In this document: positions 48,244-64,000 of the stretch, piece after piece | Layout of the letters: each line of letters starts with the position of its first letter | How positions within the stretch are numbered: the first letter of the stretch is position 1 | Source: Spongospora subterranea f. sp. subterranea | Lineage: Eukaryota | Length of the DNA stretch: 64,000 nucleotides | Direction: 5' to 3' | Assembly (NCBI GenBank): GCA_049724395.1 | Contig: JAUGWO010000090.1 | Coordinates: forward strand, 1-64,000 | Notes under the pieces: model-generated | Seen by the model: the letters and a program-made list of their open reading frames with translations, nothing else | Database searches by the model: none | What the model was told of the DNA's origin: nothing | Made by a program: the position numbers and the translations under genes

Positions 48244-48666
48244 ATGGCATTACAACGACCTCAATGCTGCAAGGCTAACCTTGAACAAGGGCTCGTTGTC
48301 GCAGGATGCTTCAGCTTGTTGATGGGCATTGTCATCGTCAAAGACATCATCGTTTCGTTCCGCCCCGATGCCCGCGGACAAGGCCTATCTCAAAGACTCT
48401 GGTTGTTGATCTTGCTGGCGTTCATTTCGGGCTCTAGTTTTATTTGGATTCGTGCTTCCTACAAACGAGGGAAACTAATGGCAAAACTGTCTGTCCTGGT
48501 TTCTTTTCTAGGTCTGTTTATGGCGGTAGCTAGTTCTATTCTATACAGCTCGAATTGGGTATTTGCTACACCCCTATATATCTACATGCTTTGGGCCACG
48601 ACATCATTCTATTCTAAAATTAATGACGAAGAGGCGACGGCAATTCTCCCGGAATTCGACATGTAA
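48244..48666 (+). CDS. Small 4-TM membrane protein, unknown function
   Basis: Intronless ORF, N-terminal CC motif, four hydrophobic segments. Confidence 0.65.
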   Translation: MALQRPQCCKANLEQGLVVAGCFSLLMGIVIVKDIIVSFRPDARGQGLSQRLWLLILLAFISGSSFIWIRASYKRGKLMAKLSVLVSFLGLFMAVASSILYSSNWVFATPLYIYMLWATTSFYSKINDEEATAILPEFDM

Positions 48667-48763
48667 AGTTATCAACATTCTACCTAATCTTGCTACATAT
48701 ATATAGTTGGCATTTGCGACGGTTTTTTCACATCAACATAAAAAGCTTTATCTATTTCAGACT

Positions 48764-51700
48764 TCATATAACTTCAACATTGATAAGATGATTAGTGATT
48801 TCCGGGCGGTCGTCAATCCATGATTGAAATGATGCGGCAAAATGTTGCGGCCCGCAATCCCACAGGTAGGCATTGAATGCGATAAGATAGAAATATCGAA
48901 CAAGAAACTGTTTGGAGCGAATGCTGCACTCTTCCCTGGCAGCTTGCGTAACCGCCGATGTAGAACGCTGTTTCATTTCCAGGATGATAAGTCTAAGGTT
49001 TTGCATGACACTAGACACTGATAAACCAAACAGTCATTGAATGATCGACTCTTGCGACAAACCTGCACAAATCGATAACTCGATCAGTTTCGGCTTTGAT
49101 GGCGGGTCCATTCGGCAGGACTCGGATGAGACTTTGAATTGCCTTGTAAAATCCAGCAGAGTGATCACTCACCTGAACCTGGTCAACGGGCGCAAACATT
49201 CAAGCGCAACAATCTTACTACGCTAGATATCGTTTCTGGTAGAGAGTTGTCTTCAAGAGCGATATTCGAACCTGGCCAGTGCAAGGAGAGTAAAGACGAA
49301 ATCACCATTCCTGTAAAATATCAAACTGAGGCGAATTCACGGATCGCGCTGGAAATTTACTGACCGGTTGTCGTCCTGCCACGACCCATCTGACAGTTCC
49401 AGGCCACACAAAAATTGGAGCTCGGCGGCGTCGTCTTCAGAACGTTCAAAATTTGATCGAATGTCTCTATATAATGTAGGAAAAATTGTTAGAATTTGGC
49501 ATTTTACGAAATCAGTAAAAATTTACACAAAAACGACAATGCCGAAAACAGACGTCTGATTACCAGGTAACGGGGCGTGCTCATCCGTAATCGGAATACG
49601 ATGATACATCTGCTCGCCAAGCACAACGACCGTGAAAACATTTCACGACACCTGTATGTTTTAAAATGCGTCACCAAGACCGAACACTCGTGGGAGATTG
49701 ACCCTACGTCAAAACGTCCTCAGCTCCATCAACATCTTCCCAGAACGAAATCAAGTTGCCGTCTTCCCCTTCATCATGCAGTAATATTCTTCCTCCATAT
49801 TTTTTAGCTTCCTATCGACAAGCTATAGTCTGAAAACGTCTGGAAAACACATTCCGCGGACCTCAAGAATATCACGCTTAAGCTGTTTTTCCATAGCTTC
49901 AACACGCCGGGTGGTGATTCCAGTATGAATCAGATTGGTGTACGGATTATCTACATCTCTGCGAACAGTAGGTATAAAGAAGCGAAAATGTTTACGCGCA
50001 TAAATCACCTGAGAACAAACGGGAAAGAGTTGATATAAAGTAATGGTTCTTCGCGTAGGTTCATCCACACCAGTTCGACCTCAGGCAAACGACTCTTAAC
50101 TTGGGCAATAACATTTTTGACGCCGATCTGCAAAAGCTTTAATCCCTGCATCTTAAAAAATGCCTAGATCAAACCTGTGTAGGGACAGCGACACCCACAA
50201 TGCGCATGGTATCGATAAGACGAAAGTTTGGCGCCCCTTCGAGAATCGGCAGAAGATCTTGACGCTGTGACCCGGGGAAATAATCCCCTTTAAGGACAGA
50301 AAGAGGGACAAGGACTGACCCTGCAGAAAATGTTCAGTCTAGTGATATATTGAAGAAAATTAATGAAACCTGTTCTGTTTTCAAAAACTTGAGAGCTCTG
50401 ATCCGTGGCTAAAATTGCTGGGAGTTTCACGGCGTCTAAAGGCTGATTTCTACAGTTTTCCATCCATAAACCAATTTCACCGCGGTTTGCTAACCAAGTC
50501 GAAAACGTAGTATCTGCCTGTAGAGCGATTATTCCAGTGAAAACTTGCGAAAAACATAGAACATACAGAGAGCTTGTTCTTGAACCGGTCATGTAAATAT
50601 GAATTGACACAGACAAGATAGGCATATCTGTCTTCGCAGTCAGTACCCAATATGAGTGAATACTAACACTTAACCTCTGTAAATACTGTACACATTTTTC
50701 CAGATAGACTTCAGATTGAGCAGCTGAGACCCGGTCTGTTTCCCATTTCATACGAGAATCGAAAATAACATCGCGCAAATGGTACACCGTCCCACACATG
50801 GAGATTGCATCATCCACTTCGCGGACGATGAGGCGCCCGTTTTTCAAAATCCGGGTTAGGCTCAAAATCGCTTTGCATCCTAATGGCATTTTCAGCTATT
50901 TTCGCAAAACTGTACTGCGGGTCACTGAAACTAGCTTACCTAACTGGAGAGAATCGACAGGCGCATGATCATTCGCGTCCATGGCAACTGGAGCATCATC
51001 TTTGACAGTCTTTACGTGCATTAAGCCCATGTGCATCATGATCAATATAGACACCCTGACTCTTATGAGCGAGAAGTCCTGATGTTGTAGGCAAACTTAC
51101 GTAACGGCAACAGCTGAACGACCGCGACCATTCTAATCAACATAAAATTCAGCACTAGTACGAAGCGGTTGATGCGGAACCGACTTGGCAGTTGAAACAT
51201 ATTGCTGATCCTGGAATAATGCTTGAAATGATTGTCTCAATCAGAGAATCGAACGATTTTGGGGTCGGAGCTGCAAATGCCTGCAGTGGAACGTGCTTAT
51301 ATATTAACCTATGCGAATTAGCGGTTTGTACTTGCTTTCAAGTGTTATCAACAAGACCTTATGTCCTTTCTTGTTTGTGCGATGTCAACAAAGACTTCAG
51401 AAGTAGTACGAACAGTAGCATCGACGTCTCGGACAGTAAATCGATAGGGTTGAATACGTGATTTTGACATTTCTAAATGTAGCAAAACTGATCCGTTGTT
51501 GGCATCAGATTCTTTGATAACGTCGGCCTGGGTGGGACCACATTGGTTAGAGAGATTAAAACTGGAAGCGATACAAGAAACCTTCAGGCGTTGTTCGATT
51601 TCAGCTAACCGAAAAGCCGTCAACCCGACTTCGAACTCTTTCAGCATTCTAAAAGAGTGATAATAATCTCTGAGAACAAAAGGATTGCCATCCAGAAAAA

Positions 51701-53892
51701 GAGTCGGTTCGGAAACGAGTGACACCCAGACGACAGTTGGAACCGATGAAACAGGAGGCGTTGTTTGCCTCGATAGAACATCAATTGTGCGCATTAACCC
51801 GTTGTAATCGGGAAGTCCTAGAAGACAGCTCAACCCCCCTTATTGAGAAATTCAGCGACATTTACCTAAAGCGCCAAGCGCTAAACCAGGGATCATAAAA
51901 AAGTTGGGTACTGTGCAAGTGATTTGAGAGATTGGTGTTGCGAGGGATTGGTCGCTTGGCATATCCAATGTGTAGAATGATTTCATAATCATATGGTTTC
52001 CCAGCACAGAACCCTTAGAGCACGAAGTAAGCGCAATTCAGACGCACTCATTGTTTGTTAAAAACCTGTCGTTTGCTGATAAAGTTAACCGACTCAATTT
52101 CGGCAGTGCCGATGGAACTGCCGCTTAGAGGAATAAACGGTGCGAGTTGTTCTTCTGAAACGCACTGCTGGGCCAACTTTCCAAGTTCGTAGTTTTCGTT
52201 CATGAACGCCTCAAAGGTCAAAGTAGGTAAGCACAAATGTTCTGAACTCTGAGACATGTTTTAATCTACAGGTACGCAGGCAGAGCAAACTTACAACGTA
52301 GCGAGCAAGATCGGAAGCAGCGAACGTTTTTCTCAAATACGCGCCAAAACAAATAAGCATGAAATAGCGCTGAATGCGCAGCGCAGTACTAGAAAACGAG
52401 CATGGATAGAAAACACTGAATGGCTTGATGAAGTGAATACTTTTTGGCATAGAGGAGGGCAGTGTTATCATCAGAAGCCTGCTCCATTTGCATGCGAGTT
52501 TCTAAGACGGCAGTGCGGACGTTGTGGACGATTCCACACGCCTCTACAGCACCATCGATATCGTCCTTAGCTTCTTGCCCATGCAAAAGTACACGAAGAA
52601 GGCGACGGATGACCGGATATTCCCTGAAAATTTATAATATAATTGAGATTTGCTTTGGAGGAATGACTTTCGAAAAAGGTCAAACCCGCGCTGGTACGAT
52701 GCAACGTTCGTAGATTCTTCTGAAGAACCGATATCACTTGGCGAAGGGGCAACTAGACCGAATCGCATGTACAATAGCCTCATGATGATGGTTCCTAGGG
52801 TGGATCGTCCGCCGCCCATTTGACATGAGAACACGTGAACTCCTGCCAACTAGAATTAATAATCGCGAAAGCACAACAAAACCACATAAAAACCTTCCAT
52901 GCTGTAGCTTAATGAGTAAAAGAGAACACGCGAACTAAATGATCCTATGACAGCGCAATATATATCAACGAAGAGAATTGGAATCAACGATAAAAGCAGA
53001 GACAATATCTTTAGCATCGAAAACGCTCTCAGGGGTTATTGGAACTCGAGAATAATTGATCTTGTAGCCTTTGTCAAGTAAATTTTCGAAGACTTCGCGC
53101 GAAGTCTTTACAGACGAGCTGGATACACTTTCCCAACAAGGACGAATCTGAAATCGTGAAAATTCGTCATGAACGAGAATGTTACCACTAACAATAAGTT
53201 GAGCTAGATTATTTCAAACAATATTTGACGTAAACGTCACCGGTTTTGTTCAGCTTCGGTTAAAATGTCTTGTTTGAGTCGTGATTCGATGAGCTCAAGG
53301 CGCTGGTAATCGATTCCTGCGAAGTCTTTCATATTGCGGAATGGATGAGCCAGCTCTCGTAGTACAAACGGTCGATTGTTGACATAGACAATTGGTTCTA
53401 AGAAATCAATAACTCGCCAAAAATTCGAAAACGGATGAATACCTTCTCTTAAAGATATCCATCTGACGGGTTTTCCTTTCAAAAGATTGAGGATGGTTCG
53501 TATAGAATGGCGAGAAGGCTGGCCAACAGCGAAAATTGGGTCTTGGAGGATTTGGCGAAAATTGGGGGCATCAGTGACATGCACGTCGAGGTCCGGCAAA
53601 GCGTCGCCGTCAGTAGGAAACCGATCCGTCTTCAATACTGGAAATACAGTAATTAACGGAAATCAAAATGGAGATTTATGGAAATGCATGCCCATTGATT
53701 TGCCAAGAACTTGTCCATCTCGTTCCTGTACAATCATGTTCAAAGGGAGCATTTCTGCAAACGATTGTGTGTGAGCGTTAGTCGAGATCGTTCGAGAACT
53801 GAATTCAAATGAGACAGGAGGCTATCCTCGGTAGAATGCCGAACATACACGGCGCCGTTTGGAGATTTGGATGACTTTCTGCTCGACGCCAT
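48764..53892 (-). CDS. PALD1: Paladin / PTP-like inositol phosphatase family protein with three tandem domains (many introns)
   Basis: APNFRQ...VGQPS...WISLRE..PIVYVNNRPFVLRE; FSCQMGGGRSTLG; equivalent blocks repeated (EPTLFLDGNPFVLRD; GAPNFR); RYFYLIAFNAYL...WIDDRPEI. Confidence 0.88.
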
Positions 53893-54900
53893 CCTTTCCA
53901 CGTGCGCACTCGTCGAATGCGTCCTAAACGGAAACGCACCCAGCGAACTTATTCGAGGAAAGCTGCCGGCCTGAGGCATTCTATCGCTGTCGGCGTCCGA
54001 GGACGCCGGAGGGCCCCTGATTCGACATGGCTCAATAACGCGCGACGATCAACAATACAAAAGTGTTCTGCGCAACCCTTCAACCGAATTTCCCATGACA
54101 CGTCAAGGTCACTCCAAATTTATTCCGTCTGTGTTTAAATTTTACAGTACCCCTCATTCGCTGCCGTTAATCATTTTTTCCTCCACACACAATATTCGGA
54201 ATCCAGCGAGATATATTCTGTGAGGTTCAAGCAGCGCTGGTTGGCCACTCAAATGCGCTTCCCTCGTGGCATTTAACCGTGTCTGATGCTGTGAGCATCG
54301 CTGGTTGTGTACGAGTCGTGATACTTGCCTACACGGTTTTAACCCTGCCGAGTTTATCAGCGGCTGCTGTTATTGCTGATGTGAAGGGCGAATTGTCTGA
54401 TCATTCCTTGGATCTCCAGGTCAGCCGCCTGCCAAAAAACGACCATTGTAAAAGTCTGCCAATTTTCTTGCGATTATTTTTGCTGCACGTCGACTTTTAA
54501 TTTAAAAGTGAATCATCGAATAGGTGTATGCCGATGTTTGTTTTCAACTGGTGATACTGTATTCCATTGAATGCTTGAAAGCAGCTAAAGTATAATGGTT
54601 ATTTCAATTCATCAGTTAGCCCTGGGTCTCCCGACCTGTTAAAGGCCTCAGAATTGGCGGCTATCTTATTCGCTTCTATCCCTGAAGGAGATGTCTCGCC
54701 TGAAAAAGATATCGGTGTTTATGATATTCTATAATTCTTCAGGTGTGCTCGCCATGACGATCGAGCTCATCTAGGTAGCTAATTTTTCAGAATCATGTTC
54801 AATGGAGATTGAGCATTGCTTGTGACGACCCGAACTCGCTGCAATTAAGGTACAGATCTCCATTCGAAAAACCTTCTTTGTTTTTACTTATGCTTTCGCA

Positions 54901-56376
54901 TCATCGACGCTTGAAAAAGAGAACGTATGCTGCTGAAGACAAAACGCTCGTGGAAGGGACAACCCTGGCAGAGGAGTCGTTGAACTCTGCCCATGTATCT
55001 GATGAAATCCGCCCGGTGGCGGTGTAGTGACCACCAGACAGACTGCCATAATGATTGCTTACCGCGACCAAGTCGTAAACTGGGCTGCGATCAGAGACGG
55101 CTGAAAACTTTGAAAGATTTAGCCCCCGAAGAGGGAAATTAATCATTATATCGAGTTTGCACTGCGAGATTGAAGAGTATTCGAACCGTTTTAGATGCAA
55201 AACTAAAACTTGGGGAAAACGATATATCGACATCATTTTTTTAGCTTTAACATGGGATTTGCATTTTGCGCAGTAATAGCTCGACAGAATATCTTCATTT
55301 GTGAAAATATCGAAACATTCTTCCAGGGAGCGCGACGTCGTTGCTTTGGTTTTTATTTGCAGCGAGAGATCCCAAAATGGATCGAAGGTTCGCGATAAAC
55401 ATCCGCATGTACAGCAAGTGACACAGCTTCGTAATTGCCCACAGAATAATCCAGAAACAAATGATTGGTTGCGGTCCGTATAGTTCTGCCACCATCTGAC
55501 CGACACATCTTCATCAGAATCTTCCGGTTTGTCGTTCAGTTCGGTGTATATAGGAGTTTTGGTAATTTCGTTGATTTCGTCATGGATTCCCGAAAGCAAC
55601 GACCTGAGAAATTCCTGGCTGTCCTGCTGAGCGAATCCTGAGAAGCGACGATTAATTGCTCCGAGCGCCTGTTTGATCTCGTTCGGACGCACCACAGTTC
55701 CGTCAGGCCCATTGCGAAATTTCAGCATGAGAGCAGCGAAGCTTTCGACTAATGCGCCTTTTGAAGGCGATTTTTTGTTGATGTGCCCGTCAAACTTGCG
55801 ATTTCCAAAAAAGTCCAACAAATCCGAGATACATCCTAAAGATTGCAGTTGAGATGCCATGAAACACGTATTTCCAAGATTATAAAGGCCAACTAGGCGT
55901 CTGAATGTCGAATTGCTGATTTCATCTTTAGTTTCAGGATATCGGTTAGTCAAATCGGTGCCCATGTTGTTGCCAAACTCCCGATTTTGTGAGTAGGGGC
56001 TCGACGCAAACGTTATCGCTGATGGAATGTATCCTCTTTCTGGTGATTTCCTTATAAGACTTGATTTTAGCGTTGGACTCTGTAAACTAATGCCATGTTT
56101 TTCCGTGTGAGATTGTGGTTCGTTGCCAGGAAGCGATAACCGTTTCAAAGCGTGTATGGAACTTCGCAAAGATTTTCGCCTACTCGCAATGGACGAAGTC
56201 GCGTCAGAAGGATCTAATTCACGACATGCAATTGACGTTCTGGGAGCATTGACCGCTGATGGAAGAAATGGACTGGTCAAATTGGGAGGCTTTTTAGCCC
56301 GACTATCTGGACTGACGGCGTTGCTTTTAGGTTTTCGAACATCAAGCTGCGGCAACATAAAGCGGTTGGAATCCAT
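54901..56376 (-). CDS. Ubiquitin-specific protease (USP2/8/21-like, C19 family); possible extra 5' exons
   Basis: Cys box GLYNLGNTCFM; QQDSQEFL; LHLKRF; His box NHYGSLSGGHYTA; FNDS. Confidence 0.93.
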   Translation of the reverse strand: MDSNRFMLPQLDVRKPKSNAVSPDSRAKKPPNLTSPFLPSAVNAPRTSIACRELDPSDATSSIASRRKSLRSSIHALKRLSLPGNEPQSHTEKHGISLQSPTLKSSLIRKSPERGYIPSAITFASSPYSQNREFGNNMGTDLTNRYPETKDEISNSTFRRLVGLYNLGNTCFMASQLQSLGCISDLLDFFGNRKFDGHINKKSPSKGALVESFAALMLKFRNGPDGTVVRPNEIKQALGAINRRFSGFAQQDSQEFLRSLLSGIHDEINEITKTPIYTELNDKPEDSDEDVSVRWWQNYTDRNQSFVSGLFCGQLRSCVTCCTCGCLSRTFDPFWDLSLQIKTKATTSRSLEECFDIFTNEDILSSYYCAKCKSHVKAKKMMSIYRFPQVLVLHLKRFEYSSISQCKLDIMINFPLRGLNLSKFSAVSDRSPVYDLVAVSNHYGSLSGGHYTATGRISSDTWAEFNDSSARVVPSTSVLSSAAYVLFFKRR

Positions 56377-56934
56377 TGATCTCCTCAGGTTCTCATTCCT
56401 TGGCGACTGCCCACATCCATGGAATCGATGATATCAACCGACGATTTATAAGCAATGCCATAATCATTTCAGGTACGCTGATAATCGAAGCGACCCTGTG
56501 ACGATTCCTTCCACGCCAACATCTTGAGCAGAAACGCGATTCATCGGCCAAGGGCACCAACAATCTCACGTGCGGACCGTTGGAGCTACTGTATACACGC
56601 CGCACTGTCCACTGTTAACGTTGCAGCAGGATATGGAAAATGATTGTTCGACAGCAAGATTCTTAGGCGGTTCTGGTCGTGTCTCGTGAAGGGTGGTGTA
56701 CATACCGATGAGTCTGGTGTAGCATGATGCGCAAACATTGTCTGAAAAGTGCGACAGCGCCACACGCAACATATCTACAGTATGCCGCCAGTTAAAATCA
56801 GTCGACAAACCGAATACGGCCTACCGTATAATCAGATTCCAGCCGTTTTTCACCTGTGAACCGGTCAGCCCGCCGGGTTAGGGCGCCTTCGTCGATATAT
56901 ATATATATTTGGGGGTCGGTCGACGGATTGAGCA

Positions 56935-61638
<4,704 letters not shown>

Positions 61639-61829
61639 TTTGTCGCCCTTTAATCTAATATATCTACATGTCTGCATCGGTCTAAACTTTTCGTCATTTC
61701 CATGGAAAAAATTGTTCCGCACTTCCAATTTTGCGGACTTTTCACGGTGTAGTTGAGGCAAGTCGGTTGGAATTTGACGACACCAACATTTGGGTTTCGA
61801 TCCTCGGAATCCAGCAGTTTGTGTCAGCT

Positions 61830-64000
61830 ATGAATCCTAGATCCATCAACTCTGACCTTCTCAAATGTACCGGTTGCCGTCAGGTGCTCAACGTGATTTA
61901 CCGCAATATCGAGTCGTTCAATTCTGTGAATTGCTCAACCGCATTCCACCGCATTGCCGTCTTCGGTGTCGCTGGTGAAGAGCTTCACCAGCTCCTGCCA
62001 CTTGTGAAAAAAACATCGCAATTACTCGACAACGATGATGGGATGCTGAACTATCGCACCCTTTCCAGCATTGTTTGGTCGATTGCTAAGACATATTCCA
62101 ATAGCGCTCAGCAATCCGTCGTTGACGGTCTGTTCCGTCGCACTCTCAAATATATATCACCGATAACGCCGTCATTTGATGCTCGGGGAATCTCGCAAGT
62201 AATGTGGTCTATGGCCGTTTTCAATTGTACAGATTCAGAGCTAGCTCAACGTCTGTGTGATGCCAGCTCTGCGTTATTGATATCAAAATCATTCAAGGCG
62301 CAAGAACTTTCAATGTATGCTCTTGAGTTTTTCGCACAATGCATATGTAGTTGATCACCTTTTTGATTGAAGGCTTATCTGGAGCATTGCCACCTCGCGC
62401 TTAAGCGTATCCCGCGACATGCTGTCGTTGATTTGCACTGCATGTAAGGGCTCCATTCGTTATTTTACTGGCCAAGGTCTTGCACAGGTTGCTTGGGCTG
62501 TAGCTCGTTTGAACTTTCGTGATCCGACGCTAATGAACGCGATTGCGTCGCAAATTGAAACTGTTCAGGCTGATATTCAGGCTTTAGCTTCTCTTGTTTG
62601 GGCATTCTCTACCCTCGATTTGGGCACTAATGCAATATATTCAAAACTCTCCTCGTTGGTATTGAAAGCGGATTTTACAGCTTCATCATTCCAAACGCTG
62701 GGACAGTGCATTGATGGATTCAGCAAGTGGTCTAATGCTGAGCAAGTTTTGACAATTTTGTACGAGAACGTTGATGATGGCGCAATTGCTAAGATGTCTC
62801 TCACTGAGCTGGTTCATATGATCTCATCCGTTGCTCAGACTGATAATATCAGTCCACGATTGCCTATAGCACTGAGCCAGCGCGTCGTTCAATGTTTACC
62901 TGATATGGATGGAGAAGCTCTTGGTGTCTCGGCGTCCGCCCTAATTCGATTGAGCTCAAAAAAAATTATCAAGTTCACATCGGATGAAAGAAAGCGTATT
63001 CGCAGCGAAGTATCCAAATCAGTCAAAGTAGATGCTTTCCACCTGAATTGGAGGGCAATTGGATATATTGAGCTGCTAATCAGAAAAGTATGTGTCCGAG
63101 AATCACGCTGGTCGAAGAAGGCCGACGTGGATGAGCTTTCGGTCAATCTTTCCGAACGGTTCCGGTCTTTATCTGATCTGATTCGAAGCGCTGCTCATGC
63201 ACGGAATACGGTTCCTGGAAAAAGTCTCGCCGCCATGCGGCCGCGACCCACAGCAGGATTGAAGGCTGGCTCACATATTCTGATTTTGGGTAATGATCCT
63301 GAGAACCATTTGCAATTGTGTGGCAAACACCATGGACGGTATTTGATTACCCATTGGAATCGATCGCTCAGTCGTTTTTCCTCCACAACGCCATCTACCT
63401 GGATCGATGATGATTATTTCTATGATGGATGCATCATTCGATTTCCATACAGTATTGGTAACCTGGCCTGGTCAAAAATTTCGGATCACATCACTCACCG
63501 GTTTTTAGGGGAATTTGCAATGCTGATCTCGTTAGCAGCTTCGAAACTGACCTCGGGATCTTTAGTTTGGATAGTTGGTCTTCCTGAGGAAGGGGTTGAT
63601 GGTGTTGCCGCCAAACGAGCCCTTTCTCCTTTGTTTACTGAGATTACGCCAATGATATCTACGGATGTGGTCATCATCAAAGCGACACGGGCAGAAACAA
63701 CGACGGCGAAGTCCCAGTTTCAAGATTGGATTACGACTACAACTCTGCAATTTGATAGCCATGGTTCCAGGCACTGGCATGTCGCTCCTGGTATGTTTGC
63801 GAATGGTGGTTTGGATGTAATGACCGCCTCTCTATTACCGCTTATCCAAATGCCTGTCAAGCATAGGGCGCGTGTTTTAGACTTTGGCTGTGGTTCTGGA
63901 GTTATATCCTCGTTTTTGCTGGAAAAGCGTCCTGATCTCCGGATAACCATGGTAGATTGTGATGCGGTGGCCATTCACGTTGCTAAGGTCAACGTCCCTA
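61830..64000 (+). CDS. OPR/HPR-type helical-repeat protein fused to RsmC-like (MTS_N and MTS) SAM-dependent methyltransferase; runs off window end
   Basis: Repeats LSSIVWSIAK, ISQVMWSMAV, LSMLIWSIAT, LAQVAWAVAR and LASLVWAFST; the same frame stays open from 62373 to 64000 into DGCIIRFP...VWIVG and APGMFANGGLDVMTASLL...VLDFGCGSGVI...ITMVD. Confidence 0.8.

Noticed and set aside
54279..54790. Possible small spliced gene
   Set aside because: No clear ATG or consistent exon chain.

Overview
Compact, intron-rich eukaryotic (protist-type) DNA with short (~45-65 nt) GT-AG introns and very short intergenic spacers. A flagellar gene (TEX47/DYBLUP-like) and a signal-peptide ankyrin gene suggest a zoosporic parasite such as a plasmodiophorid; this is inference, not proven. 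Positions 1-10 kb are repeat-rich: a 48-bp array, a modular secreted ankyrin gene built from ~480-bp three-exon units, a 1.2-kb 19-bp minisatellite and a chromovirus integrase relic. Housekeeping genes follow: R3H/SUZ protein, EF-hand protein, CMSS1, NagD-like HAD, SmD1, proteasome beta2 and alpha5, NUDT19-like, Vps55, EYA-like, paladin, a USP2/8-type protease and USP7. They are interrupted by a decayed Mutator element carrying a 261-bp hairpin and by mariner and copia relics. Manual splicing gave four notable genes: (1) a CYP74-clan-like (allene oxide synthase-type) P450; (2) a ~396-aa protein with the architecture of insect gustatory-receptor-like 7TM ion channels; (3) an OPR/HPR helical-repeat protein fused to a two-domain RsmC-type rRNA methyltransferase; (4) a secreted, membrane-anchored planctomycete-cytochrome-c-like protein lacking CxxCH. 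Exon models are manual, family calls come from motif recognition without database searches, and some frameshifts may be assembly errors.
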